Assembly: GCA_949282305.1 (NCBI GenBank)
Contig: CASDPB010000131.1
Span: forward strand, 9,405 to 73,404
Source of the DNA: an uncultured Lentisphaeria bacterium
GTDB taxonomy: Bacteria; Verrucomicrobiota; Lentisphaeria; Victivallales; UBA1829
DNA: 64,000 nucleotides
Direction of reading: 5' to 3'
This document shows positions 38,556 to 48,392 of the stretch, in pieces (the stretch's first letter is position 1; each line of letters starts with the position of its first letter). The position numbers and the translations under genes were made by a program. The notes under the pieces are model-generated. The model had not been told where the DNA came from. It ran no database searches and was given only the letters and a program-made list of their open reading frames with translations.

Positions 38556-39569
38556 ATGAATGATGATGCCAAATGGATGAGAAAAGCGCTCCGGCTGGCG
38601 GAAAAGGGGCTCGGGACAACGAGTCCGAATCCCATGGTCGGCGCCGTCATCGTGAAAGACGGCAGGATTCTCGGACAGGGCTGGCATGAGCGCGCCGGGG
38701 AAGGTCATGCGGAAGTCAACGCGATCCGCAGTGCCGCGGGCGAAAACCTGAAAGGCGCAACGATCTATGTCACTCTGGAACCCTGTTCGTCCTGGGGACG
38801 TACGCCGCCGTGCACGGATGCAATCGTCAATGCGGGGCTCGGCAGAGTCGTGATCGGATGTCTTGATCCGAACCCGAAACATGCGGGACGCTGCATCCCG
38901 ATTCTCCGGCGGCACCATATTGAGGTCGCGGGTCCCGTCTGCGAGGAGCAGTGCAGGAAACTCAATGAAGCGTTTTTCCGGTGGATCACTGCAAAAAGAC
39001 CGTTTGTCCTGCTGAAACTTGCGGAAACTCTGGACGGCAGGATTGCCACGGAAAACGGTTCTTCGCAGTGGATCACCGGAGAAGCCGCGCGGAGGCATGT
39101 CCAGAAACTGCGCCGGTGGGCGGACGCCGTGATGGCAGGCGCGGAAACCTACCGGAAGGATGCGCCCCGCTTTACGGTGCGCGGCAGGGACGGCAAAGTG
39201 CTGAAGACGCCGCGCAGGATCATTGTGACGCATACTCCGGAAAAATTTCTGCCGTATCCGGACGGCTGGGAGTTCGTTTCTCTGGACACGCGGGAAAAGT
39301 GGGAGACGTTTCTGGCGAGGCTGGGGGCGGAAAACATCACATCGCTTCTGATCGAGGGCGGGGGAGAACTTGCCGCCTCGGCGCTTCGGGCGGGGATTGT
39401 GGACAAGGTTGAGTTTCATATCGCGCCGAAAATTCTCGGTGGACGCGGAAGCCGTCCTTCCGTCGGCGGCGAAAATCCTGCTTCGGTTTCCGAGTCGCTG
39501 GAACTGGAACGGGTCGAAAGCCGAAGGCTCGGCGACGATTTCATCATCAGCGGCTATTTGAAGAAATGA
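38556..39569 (+). CDS. ribD: riboflavin biosynthesis deaminase/reductase
   Basis: PNPMVGAV, HAE, TLEPC..GRTPPC, LDGRIA, SQWITG, LIEGG. Confidence 0.95.
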   Translation: MNDDAKWMRKALRLAEKGLGTTSPNPMVGAVIVKDGRILGQGWHERAGEGHAEVNAIRSAAGENLKGATIYVTLEPCSSWGRTPPCTDAIVNAGLGRVVIGCLDPNPKHAGRCIPILRRHHIEVAGPVCEEQCRKLNEAFFRWITAKRPFVLLKLAETLDGRIATENGSSQWITGEAARRHVQKLRRWADAVMAGAETYRKDAPRFTVRGRDGKVLKTPRRIIVTHTPEKFLPYPDGWEFVSLDTREKWETFLARLGAENITSLLIEGGGELAASALRAGIVDKVEFHIAPKILGGRGSRPSVGGENPASVSESLELERVESRRLGDDFIISGYLKK

Positions 39570-39582
39570 GGTAAATGAGTCA

Positions 39583-40236
39583 ATGTTTACGGGTTTGATA
39601 CAATCGACGGGAGTGTTTCATTCCAGAAATCTTTCCGGCAGGGCGGGAAAACTCCGGGTCCGGACGGCGCATGCTTTCCCGGATCTTCAGATGGGGGAAA
39701 GCATTGCGGTCAACGGGGTCTGCCTGACTCTGGAAAAAGATCTCGGCGGCAATCTGCTGGAATTTCACGTCATGGAGGAGAGTTTCCGCCGGACGAATCT
39801 GGGGAATCTGAATGCCGGAAATCTTGTGAATCTGGAACGTGCGCTGGCAGTCGGAGACCGCCTCGGGGGGCATATCGTGAGCGGTCATGTCGACGGAACG
39901 GGGACGGTTCTGTCCCTCGGCAGAAACGGCGATGACATGGAGCTGAAAGTCGCCATTTCCCCGGAGGTGCGCGAGCAGATGGTGCCGAAGGGCAGCATTG
40001 CCATCGACGGTATTTCCCTGACGGTGGCGGCGCTCGGCGAAGACTGGTTTACAGTCTGCATTATCCCGACGACATGGCGTGAAACGAATCTTTCGCAATG
40101 CGGAAAAGGCGACATCCTGAATCTGGAAACCGATATGCTCGGCAAGTATGTCCTGAGCATGCTCCGGCGGATGAACGGGCGGCGGGAAAGCAATGTTTCC
40201 ATGAACACACTTTACGAGGCCGGATTTCTGGAATGA
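39583..40236 (+). CDS. ribE: riboflavin synthase alpha chain
   Basis: MFTG, NGVCLT, VNLERA, GGHIVSGHVD, KGSIAIDGISLT. Confidence 0.96.
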   Translation: MFTGLIQSTGVFHSRNLSGRAGKLRVRTAHAFPDLQMGESIAVNGVCLTLEKDLGGNLLEFHVMEESFRRTNLGNLNAGNLVNLERALAVGDRLGGHIVSGHVDGTGTVLSLGRNGDDMELKVAISPEVREQMVPKGSIAIDGISLTVAALGEDWFTVCIIPTTWRETNLSQCGKGDILNLETDMLGKYVLSMLRRMNGRRESNVSMNTLYEAGFLE

Positions 40237-41063
40237 GCGAACTCAGGAACATCATTGACATGCGCAGATACTACGCGAAGGCGGTCTTCGGATTCGCCGC
40301 CGCGAAAACGAATTTGCCGGTGTCATGGCTTTCGGATGCGGCGGATTTCAGGAACTTTGATGCGCTTGAAATCCTGCACGAACAGCTTGACGCGATGTCG
40401 GTGTTCCGGCGGGAGGCGCTTCTGGAGCGTTTCCCGGTGATTCACGGAGGAAATCTGACGGACAAGTCGCTTTCGCGCAACATCATATCCGCGCCGGTGA
40501 AAATTCAGGATGACTTCATCGCGGAGTCGGCGAGGGTTTTGAAAATGATTGCCGCGCAATACCGTCTGCGGACTGTCATTCTGGATCTGTCCGCCGGCAA
40601 TGCGGCTGCCGATCCGGTGCAGAAGGAGGCGCTCCGGCGAATCCTGAGAAAACTTTACCCGTTTCTGCTGGAAAACGGACAGACTCTGCTTCTCCCGTTC
40701 CGGCTTCCTGTCCTGGGGGGATGTTCCGCGGAGGAGCTGGCGTCTTTTCTGCGAGAGACGATGATTCCGTCCGTCAAGGTGCGTCTGGACATCTATCCGC
40801 ATGAGCTGAAAAAGAATTTCGATCCGCGGGAGATTGCGGGGAATCTGCGTTTTGAAGCCCGTTCCGTGACTTTCTGCTATGATGCGGACAGCGGAAACCG
40901 TCTGCTTCGCGCACACCTTGTCCCGTGGCTCAAATATTTTGCGTTGAATGCGTTTTACGGACCTTATTTCGTATGTCCGTTTTCACAGGAATACCGGCTC
41001 TCGCCGCTGGAAGCGGAATCCTATTCCAAACTGGTGGAAGAACTGAAACACAAACAGGAGTGA
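40233..41063 (+). CDS. hypothetical protein (possible degenerate TIM barrel)
   Basis: ATGA overlap with the ribE stop and 6 nt from pdxJ; no recognised catalytic motif. Confidence 0.6.
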   Translation: MSELRNIIDMRRYYAKAVFGFAAAKTNLPVSWLSDAADFRNFDALEILHEQLDAMSVFRREALLERFPVIHGGNLTDKSLSRNIISAPVKIQDDFIAESARVLKMIAAQYRLRTVILDLSAGNAAADPVQKEALRRILRKLYPFLLENGQTLLLPFRLPVLGGCSAEELASFLRETMIPSVKVRLDIYPHELKKNFDPREIAGNLRFEARSVTFCYDADSGNRLLRAHLVPWLKYFALNAFYGPYFVCPFSQEYRLSPLEAESYSKLVEELKHKQE

Positions 41064-41069
41064 CACATC

Positions 41070-41810
41070 ATGAAAAGAACACTGAAACTCGGGGTCAATA
41101 TCGACCACGTTGCAACGTTGAGACAGGCGCGCCTGGGCAAATTTCCGAGTACTGAATACGCGGCAAAGGTATGCGAACAGGCGGGGGCGGACGGCATCAC
41201 CGCGCATCTCCGGGAGGACCGCCGTCACATACAGGATGCGGATATGGAGAGCCTGGTGCGCACAGTCAAACGCCTGAACATGGAGATGGCGGTTACGGAC
41301 GAGATGGTCGCGATTGCCTCAAGGCTCCGTCCCGCGAATTGCTGCCTTGTTCCCGAAAAGCGTCAGGAACTTACCACGGAAGGCGGACTCGACGCCGCGG
41401 GTTCCCTGCCGAAACTCACCGGTGCGGTCAAGACGTTGAAAGACGCGGGAATTACGGTCAGTATCTTCATTGATCCCGTCGAGGCGCAGATCGAAGCTGC
41501 GAAAGCATCCGGCGCGGACTGTATCGAACTGCACACCGGAGCCTTTGCCAATGCGGTCGGCGAAGCGCAGAAAAAGGAGCTGGATCGTCTGGTCAAAGGC
41601 GCGGAGTTCGCGCACAGCCTCGGCTTGACGGTCAACGCCGGACATGGCATCGATTATGAGAATATCCAGCTGATGCTGAACGTTCCGTATCTTCATGAGC
41701 TGAATATCGGTTACAGCATCATCTGCCGTGCAGTCTTCACCGGACTCAAACATGCGGTTCAGGAGATGATTTCCAACCTGAACGCCTATGGCAAAAACGG
41801 CGAGAATTAA
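41070..41810 (+). CDS. pdxJ: pyridoxine 5'-phosphate synthase
   Basis: [49 protein letters not shown]. Confidence 0.97.
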   Translation: MKRTLKLGVNIDHVATLRQARLGKFPSTEYAAKVCEQAGADGITAHLREDRRHIQDADMESLVRTVKRLNMEMAVTDEMVAIASRLRPANCCLVPEKRQELTTEGGLDAAGSLPKLTGAVKTLKDAGITVSIFIDPVEAQIEAAKASGADCIELHTGAFANAVGEAQKKELDRLVKGAEFAHSLGLTVNAGHGIDYENIQLMLNVPYLHELNIGYSIICRAVFTGLKHAVQEMISNLNAYGKNGEN

Positions 41811-41824
41811 GAGCCGGAAACGAC

Positions 41825-41854
41825 AGCGGGGAACTTGTTCCGTTCCCCGCTTTT
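41825..41854 (+). terminator. terminator between convergent pdxJ and CAZyme gene
   Basis: AGCGGGGAAC/GTTCCCCGCT stem followed by T-tract. Confidence 0.7.
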
Positions 41855-41872
41855 CCGTGTCCGACGCGAGAA

Positions 41873-44800
41873 TCAGTCATTCAGCCGTTCCGCAAGTTTC
41901 AGCAGTTTTCTGCCGGCGGCGTCCATATTTCCCCCTGAACTGAATCCTTCCTGAATGATCTGCGAGAGTTCTTTTTCCACGGCGGAGACATCCTTGCCCG
42001 CCTTTTTCCGTTCTCCGATTTTTTTCCGGCAGAATTTTGCAAGTTTGAACTCGACAAGCCCCTGATACCATGCCTCCTGCCGACGGGACGGAGTCAGGAG
42101 GTTCAGCCGGCTGTTTTGATAGATTGTGCCGTAATCGGCAATGACCTTGCTTCCGGGGGCGGAGTCATAGGAATTGAATGCGTCTCCGCTCATGGCGAAG
42201 AGATCGTAAAAGGTCGCCGGTCCCTCGAATCCCGCGTCCAGATTTTCCCAGAACAGGTGACGGTAACGCTGAGCCTGGACACTTTTCTCGAAGATGGAAT
42301 AGGTCCAGATTTCGCGTCCGCTGTTCCGGTATTCGTCGATGAGTTTCCGGTTCATCTGCGGATAGAAGGGTTCCAGAATCTCGAAGAGTTCAAAGTAGCG
42401 CTGCTGGCGCCCGTCGTCCAGTTTGTAGGGATTTGCGAACAGGCGGAAGTTCGGATCAATACTCTTGATGAACTTTCCTCCGGCGAAGGCGAAGTGAGCC
42501 TTGTCCTTGGGATTTTCCGGATCGCCGTGCGGCTCGTCGGTCGGATAGAACGCATATTGTTCATAACCGAATCCCTTTTCCTTGAGCCAGTCGCGCAGAA
42601 GGCGCAGACGCTTTGCCAGCTCCGCCTGCCATTTCGGCTGCATGAAATTGACCCATGTCCCGTCCTCCAGCTTTATCGGTGCCCAGAGGGCGAATTCCGG
42701 ATAGAACTGAAGGAAGATTTCCTCCTGCGGCACTCCGTTGTCCTTCAATGCCTGAATCATTTCCTCAAGGCGCGGGAAGACCGCCTTGCCGTCTGCATCA
42801 TATTCGGGGTAATAATGATACGGCGTCGGAGTCACGCAGTTGAAACCGTATTCCTTCAATGCCCGTATGTGCCACGGGCGTTGAACCGCATAGGTCCAGC
42901 TGCGGACAAACACTTTCGAGACATCGACCGGGCTCACCCGCAGATTCAGCCTGATTTCCTTGGTCTCAAAACCGCTGAATGACGGATAGAGCCGGACTGT
43001 CCCCGCATAGTTCCCCGGTTTCAGCGCGGAGGTGTCAATGTCCAGCCATACCATTCCGGTATTGCCGGGGGCGACGCGGAGCATACTGCCGAGCGGCAGC
43101 TCGAAAAGAGGATCGGGAATCATGGCTCCGCCGTGGAGCTCGATGAATGCCGTTTCGCGGAAACGCACCAGCGGTTCCAGATTTTTCGAGTTCTTGTCCG
43201 CGGTGAAGGACAGATTTGTCATGAGGGCGCGGGAGGAAAGGTTGGTGACGAGAAATGCCGTGATTGCGCGTGCGCCTTTGGCTGTTTCCAGATTCAGCGT
43301 ATTCAGCTCCCTTGTGCCGAACGGAATCTTGCGGTCCGGACCGAAATTCGCCCAGATGTCATCCTGCCAGACAAAGTGTGTTTTCCCTTTGTTGACCGCC
43401 TGGATCACCATGTTGGCGACCATTCCGAGCCGGTTGTGAAGCGCCGTCCAGTTTTTGAGCGATTCTCCTTTTTGCTGAACGTCCTGTTTGAATTTCGCAA
43501 GAGCGTTTTCCGCCGGACGGTTCGGTTTCGGAAGCGCTTTCAGCTCCGCTTCCAGAGGCTTTGCCAGGTTTGAGAAGTAGGCGCTTCTGCTTCCGAAGAC
43601 GAATTTTCCGAAACGGTCCGGCGCGAGGAAACTGGTTCCGACCGGCGCCCAGCTGCTGAGCCCGCCGCAGGTCGCGCCTTCCCGTGCGAAGTTGCCGGTC
43701 CAGACGCTTCCCGGCACCGGAGCCGTTTTTCCGAAAACGGCAAGCGGAAGCGCCAGCTCAATGTCGAATGTATTGGCGGAGCGTGACGCCGCGATTTGCA
43801 ATCCTGCCGGCGTCCAGGCTTCGCTTTTTCCGTTGGATGCGTGTTTCTTCCCCTGCCATGCACCGTTTGCGTTGACGAGAAGCTGGTAATAAGCATCGCT
43901 GTCTGCCGGGCGCAGGAAGAATTCCACGCAGTCGTCCAGCCAGATGTCTTCTCCGGTTTTCTGCTTCGCGCGCGGTTCCGTTCCCGCCGGATACGGGGAG
44001 CGGATTGCGGCGTAAAGGGTGTCGTCGGAGTAGAGCATGGCACCGGTGGATGCGGTCTTCTGAAATTTGGAGTCGGCTGTCTCCCACTGTCCGTTGATGC
44101 TCTGGCTCATGGCGCCGAGCACAAGGAACGGGGCGCTCCACTCCGCCGATTTCCAGCAGGAGTCGTCCAGGCTGCCGTCGATCTCAGGGGCTGCGTCTGT
44201 CTTTTTCAGCAGAAGATTGGCGTCTGCGCGTGATGCCGTGCCGTTCTCCTGCGTATTGTCTTCCTCCATCGGTGTTTCCGCCGGCAAGTCCATGATCTTC
44301 AAGCCTGCGATGAGCCCATCGAACGGTTCTCCGATGTTGCAGCCCCAATAGGAATACCCGACTGTCGCAAACGGATGGTGGATGTCTACCGGAGGCTCTT
44401 TGAAATCGGAAAAGCTCATGGCGCCGTTGTCCTCTTTCAGCAGTTTGCCGTCCAGATAGATTCGCGCCATTCCGCCGGAACGCACCGTCACGCGCAGGGT
44501 ATGGAAACTGCCGGGCTGAAGTGCCGCGGGTGCGGTTTCCAGGGAGAATTTTCTTTTTTCCTGTTTGTTGTCGATATTGAAGAGAATTCCGAAACGGGAA
44601 CCGGGCATGAGATAGATTCCGAAGTAGGCGCGTCCCCATGTGCTTTCCTGATAAGAGAACAGCGTCATTTTCCGCGACGGCGGCGCATTCAGCTTGAATG
44701 TGATGTCGATCGCCGCAGAGGAGTTCGACAGCTTGCCGAAATAGGCGCGATGCCCCTTTCCCGGTCCGCAGACCAGGGCGCCGCCTCCGTTGACGCCGCC

Positions 44801-44977
44801 TTCGGGCAGATAATCATTGCAGGTGACGGTTCCTTTCCGCTTGGAATCCGTACTTTGAAAAGACCACGTTTTGCCCTTTTGCGTTCCGTTTCGGAAATCC
44901 CATTGCAGTTCCGGCTGTGCTCCGGCTGTGATGAGAGTAAAGAGGAACAGGGCGGCGCAGGAAAGTGTTTTTCTCAT
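41873..44977 (-). CDS. large secreted CAZyme: LamG-like + CBM9-like + TIM-barrel (GH123/DUF4091-like)
   Basis: Signal peptide; YLDG LamG, PEIDGSLDD..W, W.DDCVEFF, YPTDEP, IWTY, C-terminal SRRQEAWYQGL. Confidence 0.72.
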   Translation of the reverse strand: MRKTLSCAALFLFTLITAGAQPELQWDFRNGTQKGKTWSFQSTDSKRKGTVTCNDYLPEGGVNGGGALVCGPGKGHRAYFGKLSNSSAAIDITFKLNAPPSRKMTLFSYQESTWGRAYFGIYLMPGSRFGILFNIDNKQEKRKFSLETAPAALQPGSFHTLRVTVRSGGMARIYLDGKLLKEDNGAMSFSDFKEPPVDIHHPFATVGYSYWGCNIGEPFDGLIAGLKIMDLPAETPMEEDNTQENGTASRADANLLLKKTDAAPEIDGSLDDSCWKSAEWSAPFLVLGAMSQSINGQWETADSKFQKTASTGAMLYSDDTLYAAIRSPYPAGTEPRAKQKTGEDIWLDDCVEFFLRPADSDAYYQLLVNANGAWQGKKHASNGKSEAWTPAGLQIAASRSANTFDIELALPLAVFGKTAPVPGSVWTGNFAREGATCGGLSSWAPVGTSFLAPDRFGKFVFGSRSAYFSNLAKPLEAELKALPKPNRPAENALAKFKQDVQQKGESLKNWTALHNRLGMVANMVIQAVNKGKTHFVWQDDIWANFGPDRKIPFGTRELNTLNLETAKGARAITAFLVTNLSSRALMTNLSFTADKNSKNLEPLVRFRETAFIELHGGAMIPDPLFELPLGSMLRVAPGNTGMVWLDIDTSALKPGNYAGTVRLYPSFSGFETKEIRLNLRVSPVDVSKVFVRSWTYAVQRPWHIRALKEYGFNCVTPTPYHYYPEYDADGKAVFPRLEEMIQALKDNGVPQEEIFLQFYPEFALWAPIKLEDGTWVNFMQPKWQAELAKRLRLLRDWLKEKGFGYEQYAFYPTDEPHGDPENPKDKAHFAFAGGKFIKSIDPNFRLFANPYKLDDGRQQRYFELFEILEPFYPQMNRKLIDEYRNSGREIWTYSIFEKSVQAQRYRHLFWENLDAGFEGPATFYDLFAMSGDAFNSYDSAPGSKVIADYGTIYQNSRLNLLTPSRRQEAWYQGLVEFKLAKFCRKKIGERKKAGKDVSAVEKELSQIIQEGFSSGGNMDAAGRKLLKLAERLND

Positions 44978-44997
44978 AAGATTTTCTCTTTCAATGT

Positions 44998-45813
44998 TTA
45001 CCGATCATAGCGGATATGTTCTGTCGTTGCAAGGTAATACAGTTTGTTCCCGTAAACATACTGTGCCCGGAAGGAGGAGACATTTCCGCCGATATGGAGC
45101 ATGTTCACATTGCCCCGGTGCCAGTCGTGGGGAACGCTTGAACCGTCTCCGGGAGAATAGCCGTTCGGGATCATGAGCGTACCGGAATATATGTATTTCG
45201 TTGTGCTTGCACCATCGCTGATATACCACTTTTTGCTGGCGGATTTGACGTCGGCAAAGCGGAACCAGTTCTTGTTGGATTCCGCCTCGCCGAAATACCA
45301 GGGATTCTTATGGAGCACAGCGCTGCTGACGCAGTAACTGTTTAATCCCCAATACATTCGGGAAAACATGTTTGATGTTCCGAGAGACATGGAAGGGCAG
45401 AAAAACGTTTTGGCTCCGTTCGTTACTGCATCCGGACCTCCGCGTTTGTAGAACTTCGTATATCCCAGGGCATTGAAAACCATGTAATAAGTATATTTAT
45501 TGTTTCCGTCCCCGAAAACATCGCTTGCCGGCGGCAGGGTGATTTTCTCCTTTGTTGATCTGAGGTTGTCCGGAACAATATAATCATAGTAGTCATTGCC
45601 GTAAAACTGCGAAAAGGTCCCGATGGTTTTCAGATTGTTGATGCAGGTGACGGAATGCGCCTTGAGTTTTGCCTTGTTCAAAGCGGGCAGGAGCATGGCG
45701 GCGAGAATGGCGATGATCGCTATAACGACCAGAAGTTCAATCAGTGTGAATAACCTGAAAACACGGGAGGAAGTTTCCTTTTCCCATGGCGTTGCGTTTT
45801 CCCGGTGCATCAT
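44998..45813 (-). CDS. prepilin-type N-terminal protein with variant H-X9-DG motif
   Basis: [54 protein letters not shown]. Confidence 0.88.
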   Translation of the reverse strand: MMHRENATPWEKETSSRVFRLFTLIELLVVIAIIAILAAMLLPALNKAKLKAHSVTCINNLKTIGTFSQFYGNDYYDYIVPDNLRSTKEKITLPPASDVFGDGNNKYTYYMVFNALGYTKFYKRGGPDAVTNGAKTFFCPSMSLGTSNMFSRMYWGLNSYCVSSAVLHKNPWYFGEAESNKNWFRFADVKSASKKWYISDGASTTKYIYSGTLMIPNGYSPGDGSSVPHDWHRGNVNMLHIGGNVSSFRAQYVYGNKLYYLATTEHIRYDR

Positions 45814-45830
45814 TTTCTGTTCCTTTCCTG

Positions 45831-46829
45831 TTATATTTTTCTGATGATTGCTTTCGAGCAGACGATCCGTTCCAGATCGCCGGTCTTGTCCATTTCCCCG
45901 ACAAGGGCTTCCGTTATCTCCTCGACCGCATGTTCCGCCGAGGAGATCGGGAGGTAATGAGTCCTGACCGCGTGGATGTTGTTGAAGCCGGCGACGAGGA
46001 CGTCGGTTCCGACCCTGCGCCCGGTTTCCATCAGATACCGGACGCCGCCGACGGCAAAGTAATCGGAAAGATAGAAGAAACCGGAAATGGACGGATCCTG
46101 TTCCAGCGCCTCCCGTGTCTTTTCATAGCCGATCTGCGCAAAGGTGTCGATGTCGTCATGCTCCTTGAGATCGCCGAGATTCACGTAATAACGCTCCAGG
46201 AGCTCCTGTTCCTGCGCTTCCGGGAAAATCCGCTTCAGCCCCTGGAGCCGTTCGCTGTTGGCGGGATGCCCCAGGAAAAAGCGGAAATTCGACCTGCCTT
46301 CGCGCAGGAAGAAACGGATGATCTCTTCACAGGAGTCGGAGAGATCCTGCACGATGTTCCGGTGGAAGGAGGTCACATAGCCGATGACGGTCTTTTTGTG
46401 TTTCAGGATTTCCTGCTCCACTTTCCTTCCGCCGACGGGATCGCCGATTGCGATGAAACAGTCCACACCCCGGTTGACCAGGTCCCGGACGGTTTGAAGA
46501 TTTTTCTCCTCGCTGTCGCTGAGAGTTACCAGGTAGGCGCCGTATCCTTTCAGTTCCAGCTTGTCCAGCAGCCGGATAATCATCGCCTGAATGTGTTCCT
46601 CCAGCGTGATCCGGTGCATGCCGAGCAGGACGCCGACGGTCCGCGTTTTGTCACCGCGGAGGAGCTTGTGCCCGAAATTCTGCTTGTAGCCGAGTTCGGA
46701 GGCGAGGGCGAATACACGCCGGCGTGTCTCCTCGGAACTGAAATCGTTCGCCTTCCGGTTCAGTATCTGCGAAACCGTGGACTGCGAGAGTCCCGCCCGT
46801 TCCGCAATGATTTTCAACATGCCAGCCAT
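45831..46829 (-). CDS. LacI-family regulator
   Basis: [39 protein letters not shown]. Confidence 0.92.
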   Translation of the reverse strand: MAGMLKIIAERAGLSQSTVSQILNRKANDFSSEETRRRVFALASELGYKQNFGHKLLRGDKTRTVGVLLGMHRITLEEHIQAMIIRLLDKLELKGYGAYLVTLSDSEEKNLQTVRDLVNRGVDCFIAIGDPVGGRKVEQEILKHKKTVIGYVTSFHRNIVQDLSDSCEEIIRFFLREGRSNFRFFLGHPANSERLQGLKRIFPEAQEQELLERYYVNLGDLKEHDDIDTFAQIGYEKTREALEQDPSISGFFYLSDYFAVGGVRYLMETGRRVGTDVLVAGFNNIHAVRTHYLPISSAEHAVEEITEALVGEMDKTGDLERIVCSKAIIRKI

Positions 46830-47169
46830 ATTTCCGCCCTGATGTTCTTCTTCTTCTTACAAATCTGTTGACGAATTTTTCTTATGAAATTTTCGTATCT
46901 GTTTTTAATTATAAGCGAAAACCCCTGCTTTGTCAAGGGGAGCTCCGAAGAAAATTGAAAAAATCTGTCCTCCGGCAATTGAAGAATCAGGACATGGTTC
47001 CCGGAACTGTTTTGCCGCAATTTATGCAGTCCGGCTTGAAAAATCCGCATACCGGGTGTCTATTAATGGCTCGCAAAATTTTCAGAAACGACCCGCCGCG
47101 AGTCTGGAGAAGAGTTCTTCCGCGGATTTCACGACGAGCTTGAATGCAAGATCAGGAGGTATCGTCATA

Positions 47170-48348
47170 ATGTATCCGCGCATTTATCTGGCCATTGACA
47201 ACTGTTTCGCTTCAAAACGCTGGTCCGCGCCGGCGGATTGGATGAAAGTCATTTCCAACGCCGGCATTTATTATGTGGAAGCCAGTGCCGACAACGAGTG
47301 CGATCCGCTTTATTCGGGGGACGATTTTCTCAAGGACTGGTGCCGTGACGTCAAGGCGCATTCCGCAAAGACCGGCGTCAAGGTCATGAATCTCTATTCC
47401 GGGCATGGAACCTACGCGACTCTCGGACTTGCCTGTTTCGATTCTCGTGTCCGGGACCGCATGCAGCATCAGTGGCTTGAAGCCATGATCCGGAGCGCGG
47501 CGGAGCTCAAGGCGGGGCTCGGCTTCTTCTGTCATGCGTTCGACCAGCGCACACTTCAGAATCCGGAACTTTACGAGGCGGCGATGAACGATTTGAGAAG
47601 ACGTCTTGCCGAGCTTGCCGCATTTGCGAAAACGCATGGCGTTGATTCCGTCGGCGTGGAGCAGATGTATACGCCGCATCAGGTTCCGTGGACCATTGAA
47701 TCCGCGCGGGACATGCTTCGCCGGATTCATCAGTGCAACGGAAGCAATTTCTATCTGACCATTGACACCGGACATCAGTCCGGGCAGTATAAGTTCCGCC
47801 GTCCCACGCTGGAGACCGTCCGGAAAGCGGTGGAATCCATCCAGGCGGATGGCCGTATCGGGCATGTCTATCTGGGGTGCGACAAGGCGTATCAGACGGC
47901 CCGTGAGATGGCGGAAAAGGGGGAAAGCGCGGAAAAAATTCTGGATGCCGTCACTGCGGCAAACGAAGCGTATCCCCATCTGTTTTCCACGGAGCGCGAC
48001 AGCGACACTTACAGCTGGCTTTCCGAGCTCGGCTGTTTTTCCCCGATCGTGCATCTCCAGCAGACGGACGGCAAATCTTCGGCGCATCAGCCGTTCGATG
48101 CGAAATGCAATGCCGCCGGCATCATCAAAGGCGAAAAACTCCTTCCCGCAATCGCGGAAGCCTACCGGAAGGAGTTTGCCGACATGCCGGAGAAATGCCC
48201 TGAAATCTGCCTGACTCTGGAAGTTTTTGCCGGAACTGCGGAATTGCCGGTCGATATTCTGAACAAAGTCAAAGATTCCGCCGCATACTGGCGCCAGTTC
48301 ATCCCCGAGGACGGTATGCCTCTGGATGAATTGCTGAAACGCCTTTGA
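47170..48348 (+). CDS. sugar-phosphate isomerase/epimerase (xylose-isomerase-like TIM barrel, EryC-like)
   Basis: DNCFASKRW, VEQM, IDTGH, HLQQTDG..S.H.PF, LEV; AGGAGG RBS before ATG 47170. Confidence 0.75.
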   Translation: MYPRIYLAIDNCFASKRWSAPADWMKVISNAGIYYVEASADNECDPLYSGDDFLKDWCRDVKAHSAKTGVKVMNLYSGHGTYATLGLACFDSRVRDRMQHQWLEAMIRSAAELKAGLGFFCHAFDQRTLQNPELYEAAMNDLRRRLAELAAFAKTHGVDSVGVEQMYTPHQVPWTIESARDMLRRIHQCNGSNFYLTIDTGHQSGQYKFRRPTLETVRKAVESIQADGRIGHVYLGCDKAYQTAREMAEKGESAEKILDAVTAANEAYPHLFSTERDSDTYSWLSELGCFSPIVHLQQTDGKSSAHQPFDAKCNAAGIIKGEKLLPAIAEAYRKEFADMPEKCPEICLTLEVFAGTAELPVDILNKVKDSAAYWRQFIPEDGMPLDELLKRL

Positions 48349-48392
48349 AGATTACGGTTTCCGGAGCCGGAGCTGAATTTCCGGCTCCGGCG

